This document shows positions 27,790 to 37,391 of a stretch of DNA of 64,000 nucleotides, piece after piece. The DNA is from Candidatus Eiseniibacteriota bacterium (GTDB lineage Bacteria > Eisenbacteria > RBG-16-71-46 > JABDJR01). Each line of letters starts with the position of its first letter. Position 1 is the stretch's first letter. The stretch is from assembly GCA_963762255.1 (NCBI GenBank), contig CAVXKA010000002.1:480001-544000 (forward strand), written 5' to 3'. The position numbers and the translations under genes are program-made. A model generated the notes under the pieces. That model ran no database searches. It worked only from the letters and a program-made list of their open reading frames with translations, and was not told the origin of the DNA.

Positions 27790-29181
27790 CTAACACCGGC
27801 GCGCGGTGCCGACTCGCGGCTTGCGCGGTTCGAACTGCAGGCGAATCTCGGTGGACCCGCTCCCCACGGAGGAGGAGTTGTTCAGCACCCCGATCACCAT
27901 GCGATAGAAGTGGGTACCATCCGGGTTGACGATCAGATCGTCGCCGTTGCCGGTGCTCAGATCCCTCATGATCTCGAGGGTCCGCACCGGAAAGCCCTTG
28001 TCCTGATTCACGGTGTAGGCCGCTCGCGCGCGCACGTCCCGGGCGCTCTCGGAGGGAAGCTGGAGCCCCCAACCCTGGACGCCGTCGTACTCGTCGGGCT
28101 GAAGTTTGGACCCCCACGGCAGAGGCTTCGTAAGCCGCGAGCAGGCCAGCACGCTCCCGCAAACGAAACGCGTGGAGGTCGGATACCAGAGCGCGAGATC
28201 GGCGGGGACTCCCTTGTTGCGGGCTTGGAGATCCTCCTCGGTAGGTTCACGGTCTACGGACGGGCACTGGGTGAGACGTAACGGGATCGGAGACGATCCG
28301 TTCCAGTTGGCCACATACAGGGGTGAACCAACGTCGGCGACGACGGAGTTCGCATTGACCCACAGATCCTCACAGAAACCCGACGTATTCGCGTACTTGG
28401 TGGACACAGGCTCGGGAAGGTCATTCACGAAAGCCTGCCAGTTCGCGAACTGGAAGACCGGATGGAGATTGGTCCGCCCTGCCCGCCAGACCCAGACGTC
28501 CGTCGGCCGGGCCCCGGAAGCAACCGGGATCGCCGCACTGGGTGCCTTGACACCGAGTCCGGCCATCAACTCCTGATTCAAGCTCACGAGGTCCGAGAGG
28601 GGCTCCTCGTCCGGAGCCTCGGTAAGCGCGATGAAGATCTGGTCTTCCTTGCCGTCAGGGTTGATGCGAGTCCAGCGCACGCTGTCCGCCGGCTCCGTGG
28701 CTAATAGCCACGGGTCGCAGTCCGGGGTCGCGGAAACGTCGGCGATCGTACTCGAGACGATTTCCCCGGTGATGGAATCGGGCTTCCCGTAGGCCAGGAA
28801 ATCCGCCCTGTAGTTGTTGGTGTTGTCGGGGTAGCGGACGAGGAAGTAGATCCGATTCGTCCCCCCCACCCGGGCTTCGTCGGTCCAGATCGCCCGGACC
28901 TCGACGTAGTATTCCGCACCGCCGGTGCCGTTGGCCCCGGTCATGCGCAAGAAGATGGGCTCCGCGCCCGTCCACTCGCGCTCCTCCGCGACACCGTCGA
29001 TCTGCGGCAACACGTCGTTGCAGGGATCGGCGCTTCCGCCGGGATCGCCGTAGGTCACGGTGAGGATCGAGAAATCCCCGATCTGAGATGGATCGAACTG
29101 CGTGACTCCGGAGCAGCCGTAGGCCAGCCACAGAACAATGGCGGCCGCGGCGACCGGTAACAGGACGCGCAACAGCTTCAT
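27790..29181 (-). CDS. Lipoprotein with ethylbenzene-dehydrogenase-related (EB_dh/DOMON-like) domain
   Basis: LAYGC lipobox; PQIDG...EW, VRAIW...IYFLVRYPD, EDQIFI, DVWVWRAGRTN, TLEIMRDL.TG..DD. Confidence 0.6.
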   Translation of the reverse strand: MKLLRVLLPVAAAAIVLWLAYGCSGVTQFDPSQIGDFSILTVTYGDPGGSADPCNDVLPQIDGVAEEREWTGAEPIFLRMTGANGTGGAEYYVEVRAIWTDEARVGGTNRIYFLVRYPDNTNNYRADFLAYGKPDSITGEIVSSTIADVSATPDCDPWLLATEPADSVRWTRINPDGKEDQIFIALTEAPDEEPLSDLVSLNQELMAGLGVKAPSAAIPVASGARPTDVWVWRAGRTNLHPVFQFANWQAFVNDLPEPVSTKYANTSGFCEDLWVNANSVVADVGSPLYVANWNGSSPIPLRLTQCPSVDREPTEEDLQARNKGVPADLALWYPTSTRFVCGSVLACSRLTKPLPWGSKLQPDEYDGVQGWGLQLPSESARDVRARAAYTVNQDKGFPVRTLEIMRDLSTGNGDDLIVNPDGTHFYRMVIGVLNNSSSVGSGSTEIRLQFEPRKPRVGTARRC

Positions 29182-29283
29182 GGGAATGACCTCTGTACGA
29201 TGTGAGCCGCTTGGTTCAGGCGCCTGGTTTTTCAGCCGTCCGGTCCTGGAGGGGGGGGGTCGGTCTGGCATCGCAGCCCAAAA

Positions 29284-29312
29284 ACGCTAACTCCGCACTC
29301 CGTCTGTGTCAA
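29284..29312 (-). promoter_or_regulatory. sigma70 promoter inside the 3' end of mpg, driving the lipoprotein/OM genes
   Basis: TTGACA-17 nt-TAGCGT. Confidence 0.55.
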
Positions 29313-29991
29313 GAGTCACCGTGTACTCCGACCCTCTGCCGCGCCCACGAAAAAACGCGGAAGGTACCCGGCTCACGCAGGGATCGCCACCGATCCAGAA
29401 GCGCCAGGGGCGATCGGTGCCGAGCCGGATCCCCACGCGCGGCCCACACAGGATCGGCTCGGGGCGGCTGCCGTCCCAGCGCAACGTCAAGATCGGTCCT
29501 TGAAGGGAGGCCCGGTTGAATGCGAGATCGACGCCGAGCGCCTGGCAGAGCCGAGACGGTCCGGCGGTGAGATCGCGGAGGCCCCCGCGACCGCGTCGAC
29601 GGGCCATGCGCTCCGTGCCGGCGAGAGGGTGGAGAGCGCGGATCAACACGGCAGCCGGGAATCCGGCCGGTTCGGTCACCACGTTGAGGAGATGGTGCAT
29701 GCCATACGTGAAGTAGACGTACGCATGACCCGGCTCGCCGTACATGACGCTGGTCCGCGGTGTGAGGCCCGCAGACGCGTGGCAGGCCGGATCGTCCTCC
29801 CCGATGTACGCCTCGGTCTCCACGATCCGCCCGCAGGTCCAGAGGCCGTCTGCCTCGCGCCGGGCGAGAATGCACCCGAGAAGTTCGCGGGCCACCACCA
29901 GCGTGTCGCGCCTGTAGAACGACCGGGGCAGCGTACGCCCGGGGGGTCGCCGGAGCGCTCGCGGACAGGCGGGGGCGGGCAGGGCACTCAT
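29287..29991 (-). CDS. mpg: DNA-3-methyladenine glycosylase (MPG/AAG family)
   Basis: GRIVETEAY...DPACHA, YVYFTYGMH, AVLIRA, GPSRLCQAL, GPRVGI, PWRF; ATGA overlap. Confidence 0.92.
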   Translation of the reverse strand: MSALPAPACPRALRRPPGRTLPRSFYRRDTLVVARELLGCILARREADGLWTCGRIVETEAYIGEDDPACHASAGLTPRTSVMYGEPGHAYVYFTYGMHHLLNVVTEPAGFPAAVLIRALHPLAGTERMARRRGRGGLRDLTAGPSRLCQALGVDLAFNRASLQGPILTLRWDGSRPEPILCGPRVGIRLGTDRPWRFWIGGDPCVSRVPSAFFRGRGRGSEYTVTLDTDGVRS

Positions 29992-31352
29992 CGCGAGGCG
30001 GCGGACCCGACCCCTAGCTCCCGAAGGGCGCCGCGCAATTCGGCCTCGATCGTGTCGCGCGCCTCGGGGGTTGTCCCCTCCGCACGCAGAACCAGCACCG
30101 GCTGGGTGTTTGAGGCGCGCACAAGCCCCCAACCGTCGGCGAAATTCACCCGCGCCCCGTCCACCTCCACCACCTCGTGCGTGCCGCGATAGCGTGCGCG
30201 GATCGCATCCACGACATCGAACTTCGTCTCGTCGGGGCAATCGACGCGGATTTCCGGCGTGGCGTGGTAGCGCGGCAACTCGTCGGCCAGCATGCCGAGG
30301 GAGCGTGGAGAAGACGCGACGAGTTGGGCAAGCCGCCCCGAAGCGTAGATCGCGTCGTCGAAGCCGTACCAGTCGTCGGCGAAGAACATGTGCCCCGACA
30401 TCTCGCCCGCCAGGGGCGACCCGGTTTCCTTCATGCGCGTCTTGATGATCGAGTGGCCGGTGCGGGTCATGATCGGCCGTCCCCCATGCGCCTCGATGTC
30501 CTCGATGAGCGCCCGCGAGCACTTCACCTCGAAGAGGATCGGCGCACCCGGATGACGGGCCAGCACCTGTCGGGCGAAGAGGGCGAGGAGCTGATCGCCC
30601 CAGAGGACCCTCCCCCGCTCATCGAGCGCTCCCAGCCGATCGGCGTCGCCGTCGTAGGCGAGCCCGATGTCGGCCCCCGTCGCCAGCACGCGCTCGCGGA
30701 GACCGACCAGCGTCTCCGGCAGCGTGGGGTCCGGCATGTGGTTGGGGAATCGCCCGTCGGGCTCGCAGTAGAGCTCCTCCACCTCGGCGCCGAGACGGCG
30801 AAAGAGCTCCGGGGCGAAGGGGCCCGCGCAACCGTTGCCCGCATCCAACACCACCTTGAGGGGACGGGCGAGCGCGAGCCGGCTCCCCATCGCGTGGAGA
30901 TACTCGGCGCGGATGTCCCGCTCCTCGACACGGCCGGCGCCCGAGCGAAACTCGGCCGCTTCCATGCGCCGGCGCAGCGTCTGGATGTCCTCTCCGAAGA
31001 AGCTCCCGATCCCCTTCATCAACTTGAAGCCGTTGAACTCGATCGGATTGTGGCTCCCGGTGATCTGTACCGCGCCGTCCAGGCCGTCGTGATGGACTGC
31101 GAAGTACACGGCGGGTGTGGGAACGACGCCCAGTGAGCGCACGTCCACCCCGGTGGCGGTGATCCCGTCGATGATGGCGGCGGCCAGCGACGGCGAACTC
31201 TCGCGAACGTCCATGCCGACCGCCACCGTGCGACCGCCCCCCTCGGCGATGGCCGAGCCGTACCCGCGTCCGATCGCGCGTACGGTGTCCAGGTCGAGAT
31301 CCTCGCCGACGAGCCCGCGGATGTCGTACTCGCGGAAGATATGCGGGTTCAT
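29988..31352 (-). CDS. Phosphomannomutase/phosphoglucomutase (AlgC-like)
   Basis: FREYDIRG, TGSHNP, DGDADR, GEMSGH, GLVRASNTQP. Confidence 0.95.
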   Translation of the reverse strand: MNPHIFREYDIRGLVGEDLDLDTVRAIGRGYGSAIAEGGGRTVAVGMDVRESSPSLAAAIIDGITATGVDVRSLGVVPTPAVYFAVHHDGLDGAVQITGSHNPIEFNGFKLMKGIGSFFGEDIQTLRRRMEAAEFRSGAGRVEERDIRAEYLHAMGSRLALARPLKVVLDAGNGCAGPFAPELFRRLGAEVEELYCEPDGRFPNHMPDPTLPETLVGLRERVLATGADIGLAYDGDADRLGALDERGRVLWGDQLLALFARQVLARHPGAPILFEVKCSRALIEDIEAHGGRPIMTRTGHSIIKTRMKETGSPLAGEMSGHMFFADDWYGFDDAIYASGRLAQLVASSPRSLGMLADELPRYHATPEIRVDCPDETKFDVVDAIRARYRGTHEVVEVDGARVNFADGWGLVRASNTQPVLVLRAEGTTPEARDTIEAELRGALRELGVGSAASR

Positions 31353-32504
31353 CGCACCTTCTCCCCGGCGCCCTTCCCGTCCCCCTTCTTCGGGACCGGC
31401 TTCCGGGTGGCATCCGATCGCAGGTACGCGTCGATGAAGCCGTCGAGGTCCCCGTCCATGACGCCGTGCACGTCGCTCGTTTCGTGGTTGGTGCGGTGAT
31501 CCTTGACCATCGTGTAGGGCTGGAAGACGTAGGACCGGATCTGACTGCCCCAGGCGATCTCCTTCTGCTGGTCGTAGAGACCGTCCAGAACGCGGCGTTC
31601 CTCCTCGAGTTGGCGGGCAAAGAGCCGAGCGCGAAGGATCTTCATCGCGCTGTCCTTGTTGCGGTGCTGACTGCGCTCGTTCTGGCAGCTCACCACGATG
31701 CCGGTGGGGATGTGGGTCAGGCGAATCGCGGACTCGGTCTTGTTGACGTGCTGCCCGCCCGCGCCCGAGGCGCGAAACGTGTCGACGCGCAGGTCCGCCT
31801 CGTTCACTTCGATATCGACGCTCTCCTCCACTTGCGGGTAGACGAATACCGAGGCGAAGGAGGTGTGGCGCCGTCCGCTGGCGTCGAAGGGCGAGATGCG
31901 CACGAGTCGGTGCACGCCCGATTCCGCCTTGAGATAGCCGCAGGCGTACTCGCCGTTGACCTCGAAGGTGGCGTCCTTGAGACCGGCCTCGTCCCCCGCC
32001 TGGTAGTCGAGCATGTTGGTCGCGAAGCCGGCGCGCTCGGCCCAGCGCAGGTACATGCGAAGGAGCATCTCCGCCCAGTCCTGGCTCTCGGTGCCGCCCG
32101 CGCCGGGGTGGATCGAGACCACGGCGCCCAGCCGGTCGGCGGGATCCGAGAGGAAGGACTGTAGCTCGAGCCGGTCCAGGTCGTGCTCGAGCTGCGATAG
32201 TTGTCCCTCGACCTCCTTTTGGGTCACCTCGTCGGCCGCCTCGAGGGCCATGTCATAGAGATCGGCGGCGTCGACGACCAGGCGGGCGGTCTTGGCGAAT
32301 CCATCCACCACGGCCTTCGCCGCCTTCAGCTCCTGCACCACCACGCGGGCGTGCTCGGGATCGTCCCAGAAACCGGGGGCGCCCATGCCCATGTTCAGCT
32401 CGGCTACGCGCGCGGTCTTGCCCGGAACGTCAAAGATACCCCCGCAGGACTTCGATGCGCTCCCGCATGATCCCCAAGAGGCGGCGAACTTCCGTCGTTT
32501 CCAA
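31349..32504 (-). CDS. prfB: Peptide chain release factor 2 (programmed +1 frameshift after codon 24)
   Basis: TTG start with SD GGGAG; METTEVRRLLGIMRERIEVLRGYL, then CTT TGA C; second frame has SPF and GGQ motifs. Confidence 0.96.
32429..32443 (-). promoter_or_regulatory. RF2 autoregulatory frameshift cassette
   Basis: GGGGG-TAT-CTT-TGA-C on - strand (internal SD + slippery site). Confidence 0.93.
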
Positions 32505-32552
32505 ACCGATGCTCCCTTCCATGAGAAACCCCGCCCGAGGGCGGGGAAACAG

Positions 32553-33161
32553 TCAGCCTTCGCCGCGCGCCCGCCTGCGCAGCCATGCGGCGAGGTCGTC
32601 GATGCCGCGTGTGAGGCGATCGAGGTCACCGTCGTTGACGACCACGAAGTCCGCGCGCCGATCGAGTTCGCCTTCGTCCACCTGGAGATCGAGTCGGCGC
32701 TCCACGTCTTCGGACGTCAGCCCCTGCGCGAGCAGCCGGCCTCGCCGCACCGACCTGGGCGCGGACACGCCGACGACCAGGTCCACGAAGTCGGGCGGTC
32801 CCCATCTTAACAGGAGCGCCGCTTCCAGCACCGCCGCCTCGTGGCCGGCGCCGGCCAGCGCATCGAGGCGCCGGCGCAGTTCGTCGAGGAGCGGCGGGTG
32901 CACGAGCGCGTCAAGGGCCTCGCGGCGAGCGCGGTCGGAAAAGACGATCGCTCCCAGGGCGACGCGGTCGATGCCGCCTTCCGCGTCGCGCACGCCGGAC
33001 CCGAAGGTCCGAACGATGCTCTCCGCCAGCGGGCTTCCGGGGCGGTACAGCTCGTGGGCGACCTTGTCGGCATCGATCACCGGGAAGCCCCGCTCGGCGA
33101 GGCCCCGCGCCACCGAGCTCTTCCCCGCGCCCGCCGCGCCCGTGAGACCGACCCGCAGCAT
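32553..33161 (-). CDS. coaE: Dephospho-CoA kinase
   Basis: GLTGAAGAGKS, IDAD, IDR..LG.IVF, VHP. Confidence 0.92.
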   Translation of the reverse strand: MLRVGLTGAAGAGKSSVARGLAERGFPVIDADKVAHELYRPGSPLAESIVRTFGSGVRDAEGGIDRVALGAIVFSDRARREALDALVHPPLLDELRRRLDALAGAGHEAAVLEAALLLRWGPPDFVDLVVGVSAPRSVRRGRLLAQGLTSEDVERRLDLQVDEGELDRRADFVVVNDGDLDRLTRGIDDLAAWLRRRARGEG

Positions 33162-33162
33162 G

Positions 33163-35877
33163 TCAGTGAATCTCCGCCCAGTTGGCGCCCACCCCGACGT
33201 TCACCACCACCGGCACGTCGAGGCGGAGCGCACCTTCCATGGTCTCGCGCACAAGCGCGGCCAACGTCTCCGCCTCCTCCGCCGGGGACTCCAGCACGAG
33301 CTCATCGTGAACTTGCAGCAGCAGTCGTCCGCGCAGCCGATCGGCGCGCAGTCGCCGGTCGAGTTCCACCATCGCCACCTTGATGAGATCGGCGGCCGAT
33401 CCCTGGATCGGCGTATTGATGGCGAGGCGCTCCGCCGCCGCCCGCGCCGCCGCGCTCTTCGAGCGAATGGCCGGGATGTACCGGCGCCGGTTGAGCAGCG
33501 TGGTCACGTAGCCGGTCCGCCGCGCGTCCTCGAGAGTGTGGTCCAGGTACCCGACGACGCCGGCATAGGTCCGCTTGTAGGCGTGGATGAACGCGGCGGC
33601 CTCGGCGTTGGGGATCCCGAGCGTGCGCGCCAACCCGTACGGCCCCTGCCCGTAGAGCACGCCGAAGTTCACCGTCTTGGCCTGCGCACGCTGGGTGCCG
33701 GTCACCGCCTCGGGGGGGACCCCGAAGAGCCGGGACGCGGTGTCGCGGTGCACGTCGAGGTCGCGCGCGAATGCGTCCACCAGGGCCGGATCCTTGCTCA
33801 GATGGGCCATGATGCGCAGCTCGATCTGCGAGTAGTCCGCCGAGAGGAGTACCCAGCCCGCCTCCCCCGGCACGAACGCGCGCCGCACTTCCTTGCCGAG
33901 AGGCGTGCGGATGGGGATGTTCTGCAGGTTGGGGTCGGACGAGGAGAGACGCCCCGTCGCCGCCACCGTCTGGTTGAAGGATGCGTGCAGGCGCCCCGTC
34001 TCGGGGTGGATCATCTGCGGCAGCGTATCCACGTAGGTCGACTTGAGCTTGGCCACCAGACGGTAGTCGAGCACCGCCCCCGGCAGGAGGTGTAGGGGGC
34101 GAAGCCCTTCCAGCACCTCGCTGTCGGTCGAGAATCCGGTCTTGGTGCGCTTGCCGTGCGGGAGCGCGAGCCGCACGAAGAGGATGTCGGCAAGCTGCGC
34201 CGGGGAGTTGACGTTGAACTCCGATTCGGCGAGTTCGTGGCAGCGGTGCTCGAGCCGAACCAGCTCCTCCTCCATGCGTCGGCTCATCGCGGCGAGGAAC
34301 GGCACGTCGAGGGCCACCCCGGTGCGCTCCATCTCCTTGAGGACGAGCATGAGCGGCATCTCGACGTCGCGAAAGAGGCTGTCGAGACCGGCCCGTTCGA
34401 GGCGCGGAGCGAGTTCGGCCCGCAGTCGCAGCGTGTAGTCTGCGTCCTCGGCGGCATAGACCGCCGCCGTGCGCGCTTCCACGTCGGCCATGGACCGCTG
34501 CTTGGCGCCCTTCCCGATCAGGTCGGTGATCGGGATCATCGTGTGGTGGAGAAGGTTCTCCGCGAGATCGTCGAGCTTGTGCGAACCCTCCGGATCGACC
34601 AGGTAGGAGGCGATCATGGTGTCGAAATCCGCGCCGGCCACGGTGAAGCCGGCCCGCTCCAGAACCAGAAGGTCGTACTTCGCGTGGTGAAGCGTCTTGC
34701 GGATGGATGCATTCGCCAGGACGGGGCCGAGCACGTCGCGCACCGTCGTCAACGGCAGGGGCGATGCTCCCTGCGCGTGCCCCACGTTCACGTACCATGC
34801 GTCGCCGGGTGCGGTGGCCACAGAGATTCCCACCAGCTCGGCGCGCATCGGATCCACCGAGGTCGTCTCGGTGTCGATCGCGAACTCCTCGGCGCGGGCC
34901 AGCCGGTCGGCGAGGGTGCGCAGCGAGGGCTCGTCGGAAACCAGCGCGTAGCCGTCGGCCGCGGCGAACAGTCCGGCGGGCGGTTCGGCCGGCGGGGCCG
35001 CTCCCCCCAACTCCGCCCGGAGCCGGCGCAGCCCCATGCGCTCCAGGAACTCGAAGAGCGCGGGTCCGCCGGGGCGGCGCGCGCGGAGCGCATCGAGATC
35101 CGGGGCGAGATCGAGGTCGGTCTTGATCGTGACCAGCTCGCGCGCCAGGAACGCGGCGTCGCGGTGTGCGAGGAGCTTCTCGCGCAGGGCCGGCTTGAGG
35201 TCGGCCAGGTGCGCGTACACCCCTTCGATGCTCCCGTAATCGGCGATGAGTTTCCCGGCCGTCTTGGGGCCGATGCCGGGCACGCCGGGAACGTTGTCGC
35301 TCGTGTCCCCCATCAGCGCCAGCACGTCGACCACCTGATGCGGCTCGGTGACGCCGAACTTGTCGGGGATGTCGTCGGGACCCAGCACCTGCGCCTCGAT
35401 CGCGGACGCGCCCCCGCGTCCCGGATTCAGGATGCGCACGTGGGGACCGAGCAATTGGTAGAAGTCCTTGTCGCCGGTCACCGCCACCACATCCAGATCG
35501 GGCCCGGCGAACTGGACCGCGAACGAGCCGATGACGTCGTCCGCCTCCACGCCGTCCATCACGACCAGCGCACACGGCCAGGCCTCGACCAGCTCCATGA
35601 CCCGAGGGATCTGCACACGCAGCTCCTCGGGCATCTCGGCGCGGTTAGCCTTGTACTGGGGGAACTGCAGGTGGCGGAACGTGGGGCCGGGCGGATCGAG
35701 CACGACGGCCAGGTAGTCGGGCTTCTCCTGGACGGCGATGAACTGAAGCATGTTGGCGAAACCGAACACCGCGCCGGTCGGCTCGCCCTCGGAATTGGTG
35801 AGCGCCATCCGCTGCATGGCGAAGAACGCGCGATAGAGGAGCGCGGTTCCGTCGAGGAGAAAGAGCCTCTCGCTCAT
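33163..35877 (-). CDS. polA: DNA polymerase I (5'-3' exo, 3'-5' exo, polymerase)
   Basis: LLDG..L.YRAFFA, EADD, GDTSDNVPGVPGIG.KTA, IDTET, TGRLSS..PNLQNIP, ADYSQIELR, QVHDELV. Confidence 0.98.
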   Translation of the reverse strand: MSERLFLLDGTALLYRAFFAMQRMALTNSEGEPTGAVFGFANMLQFIAVQEKPDYLAVVLDPPGPTFRHLQFPQYKANRAEMPEELRVQIPRVMELVEAWPCALVVMDGVEADDVIGSFAVQFAGPDLDVVAVTGDKDFYQLLGPHVRILNPGRGGASAIEAQVLGPDDIPDKFGVTEPHQVVDVLALMGDTSDNVPGVPGIGPKTAGKLIADYGSIEGVYAHLADLKPALREKLLAHRDAAFLARELVTIKTDLDLAPDLDALRARRPGGPALFEFLERMGLRRLRAELGGAAPPAEPPAGLFAAADGYALVSDEPSLRTLADRLARAEEFAIDTETTSVDPMRAELVGISVATAPGDAWYVNVGHAQGASPLPLTTVRDVLGPVLANASIRKTLHHAKYDLLVLERAGFTVAGADFDTMIASYLVDPEGSHKLDDLAENLLHHTMIPITDLIGKGAKQRSMADVEARTAAVYAAEDADYTLRLRAELAPRLERAGLDSLFRDVEMPLMLVLKEMERTGVALDVPFLAAMSRRMEEELVRLEHRCHELAESEFNVNSPAQLADILFVRLALPHGKRTKTGFSTDSEVLEGLRPLHLLPGAVLDYRLVAKLKSTYVDTLPQMIHPETGRLHASFNQTVAATGRLSSSDPNLQNIPIRTPLGKEVRRAFVPGEAGWVLLSADYSQIELRIMAHLSKDPALVDAFARDLDVHRDTASRLFGVPPEAVTGTQRAQAKTVNFGVLYGQGPYGLARTLGIPNAEAAAFIHAYKRTYAGVVGYLDHTLEDARRTGYVTTLLNRRRYIPAIRSKSAAARAAAERLAINTPIQGSAADLIKVAMVELDRRLRADRLRGRLLLQVHDELVLESPAEEAETLAALVRETMEGALRLDVPVVVNVGVGANWAEIH

Positions 35878-35917
35878 GACCCCGCGGGGAGAGCGCAGCG
35901 CTCCCCCGCTCCTCCTT

Positions 35918-36517
35918 TCAAGCCGGGCCGGCCGCGGCGCGATACAGGCCGCGGGCAAGGATGTACTCCTCGACCGGGCCCGGCACGAGATGGCGAATCG
36001 AGAGCCCGCCGGCCACGCGCCGGCGAACCTGGGAGGCAGAGATCGCGAACGGGTTTCCCTCCACGAGCAGGACGCGCCGCGCCAGATCGGGGTCGAGGGA
36101 GGATCGATCAACACCGGGCCGGTCTACCGCGATCACGCGGTACTCGGCCAGGATCCTCTCCGGCTCCCGCCACGTGGGCATCTCCAGGAGGCTGTCGAGG
36201 CCGACGATGAACGCGAGTTGGGCGTCGGGCTGTTCGGCCTTGAGTGCGGCCAACGTGTCGACGGTGTAGCGCGGACCCTTCTCCGCCAGCTCGATCGCGC
36301 TCACGCGGGCACCCGTTTCGGAACGCAGTGCCAGATCGAGCATCGTCAAGCGATCCTCTGCGGGAGCGAGTGCGCCGTCCGTCTTGTGCGGCGGGCGCGC
36401 GGCGGGGACGAAGAGGATCTCATCCAGGCCCGCCGCCTCCGCGGCGAGGAGCCCTATGTGAAGATGCCCCCAGTGGACGGGGTTGAACGATCCCCCGAGC
36501 ACGCCGAGTCGACGCAC
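35918..36517 (-). CDS. nadD: Nicotinate-nucleotide adenylyltransferase
   Basis: GGSFNPVHWGH, PPHK, YTVDTL, FIVGLDS, ISASQVR. Confidence 0.93.
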   Translation of the reverse strand: MRRLGVLGGSFNPVHWGHLHIGLLAAEAAGLDEILFVPAARPPHKTDGALAPAEDRLTMLDLALRSETGARVSAIELAEKGPRYTVDTLAALKAEQPDAQLAFIVGLDSLLEMPTWREPERILAEYRVIAVDRPGVDRSSLDPDLARRVLLVEGNPFAISASQVRRRVAGGLSIRHLVPGPVEEYILARGLYRAAAGPA

Positions 36518-36518
36518 G

Positions 36519-37388
36519 TCAGTTCCCGGAGCGTTGGGGGGCGCCGGAGGCGGGCGCCGAGGCCTCGGCGGGGGCCTCCGCACCGTGACGCCGCGCCTCA
36601 TCGATCAGCTCGTCGGCGCTCGCCGCTTCCGGACGCTGAGGATGCTCGCGCTGCAGACGCGCGGCCCATTCCTGGACCTCGGCCCAGTCGCCGGTCTTCC
36701 GGAAGCTCTCGGCCAGCTTCAGCATGGCCTTGGCCGCGACCGGCGTGTCGGCATACTCCACCAGCACCTTATCCCGCAGGTAGAGGCGCGCCGCCGGCTG
36801 CGCGCCCAGCCGGTAGTACAACTCGCCGTTCAGGTACTCCTTCTCGGCGAGCTTGGTCCGGATATCCTCGATGTGGCCCTGCGCGCGCTCGACCAGCGGG
36901 CTCTTCGGATAGCGCACGATGAAGCTGCGAAACTGGGTGAGGGCGGAGATCGTCTCCGTCTGGTCAAGCTGGGGCGAACGCGATTGCGAGAGGAGCGCGA
37001 GCCCCAAGTGATAGGACGCGTCCGCGGCGAAGGGGCTCTCCGGATAATCGGTAAGGATGCGGCGGAAGCGGTCCTCCGCCTCGGGGAAGTTCCCGTCCTC
37101 GTAGTACGCCCGCCCCAGGATGAATATCCCCTCGTCGGCGTACCGGCTCCCGGGATGATCGCCCAGGAACGCCTGCAATTCGAGGACGACCTGGGCGTAG
37201 TCCCCCTTCTCGAACCGCGCGCGAATGGCCTCGAAGCGAGCGTTCTCATCTCCGCCGCGAGGGGCCGGAGCGGAAGCGCACCCGGCGAGCGCGGCCGCGA
37301 GCATCACGGCGGCGAACGCGCGCATGGGAGCGAAGGACCGGGGAGCGACCGGGTGGTGCGGGGATGGACGGAGTTTGTTTAGGGTCAT
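36519..37388 (-). CDS. bamD: Outer-membrane assembly lipoprotein BamD
   Basis: LAGC lipobox; TPRs; LDQTET..AL..F..FI..YP.S; KLAEKEY..GELYYR. Alternative start 37325. Confidence 0.85.
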   Translation of the reverse strand: MTLNKLRPSPHHPVAPRSFAPMRAFAAVMLAAALAGCASAPAPRGGDENARFEAIRARFEKGDYAQVVLELQAFLGDHPGSRYADEGIFILGRAYYEDGNFPEAEDRFRRILTDYPESPFAADASYHLGLALLSQSRSPQLDQTETISALTQFRSFIVRYPKSPLVERAQGHIEDIRTKLAEKEYLNGELYYRLGAQPAARLYLRDKVLVEYADTPVAAKAMLKLAESFRKTGDWAEVQEWAARLQREHPQRPEAASADELIDEARRHGAEAPAEASAPASGAPQRSGN

Positions 37389-37391
37389 GGA

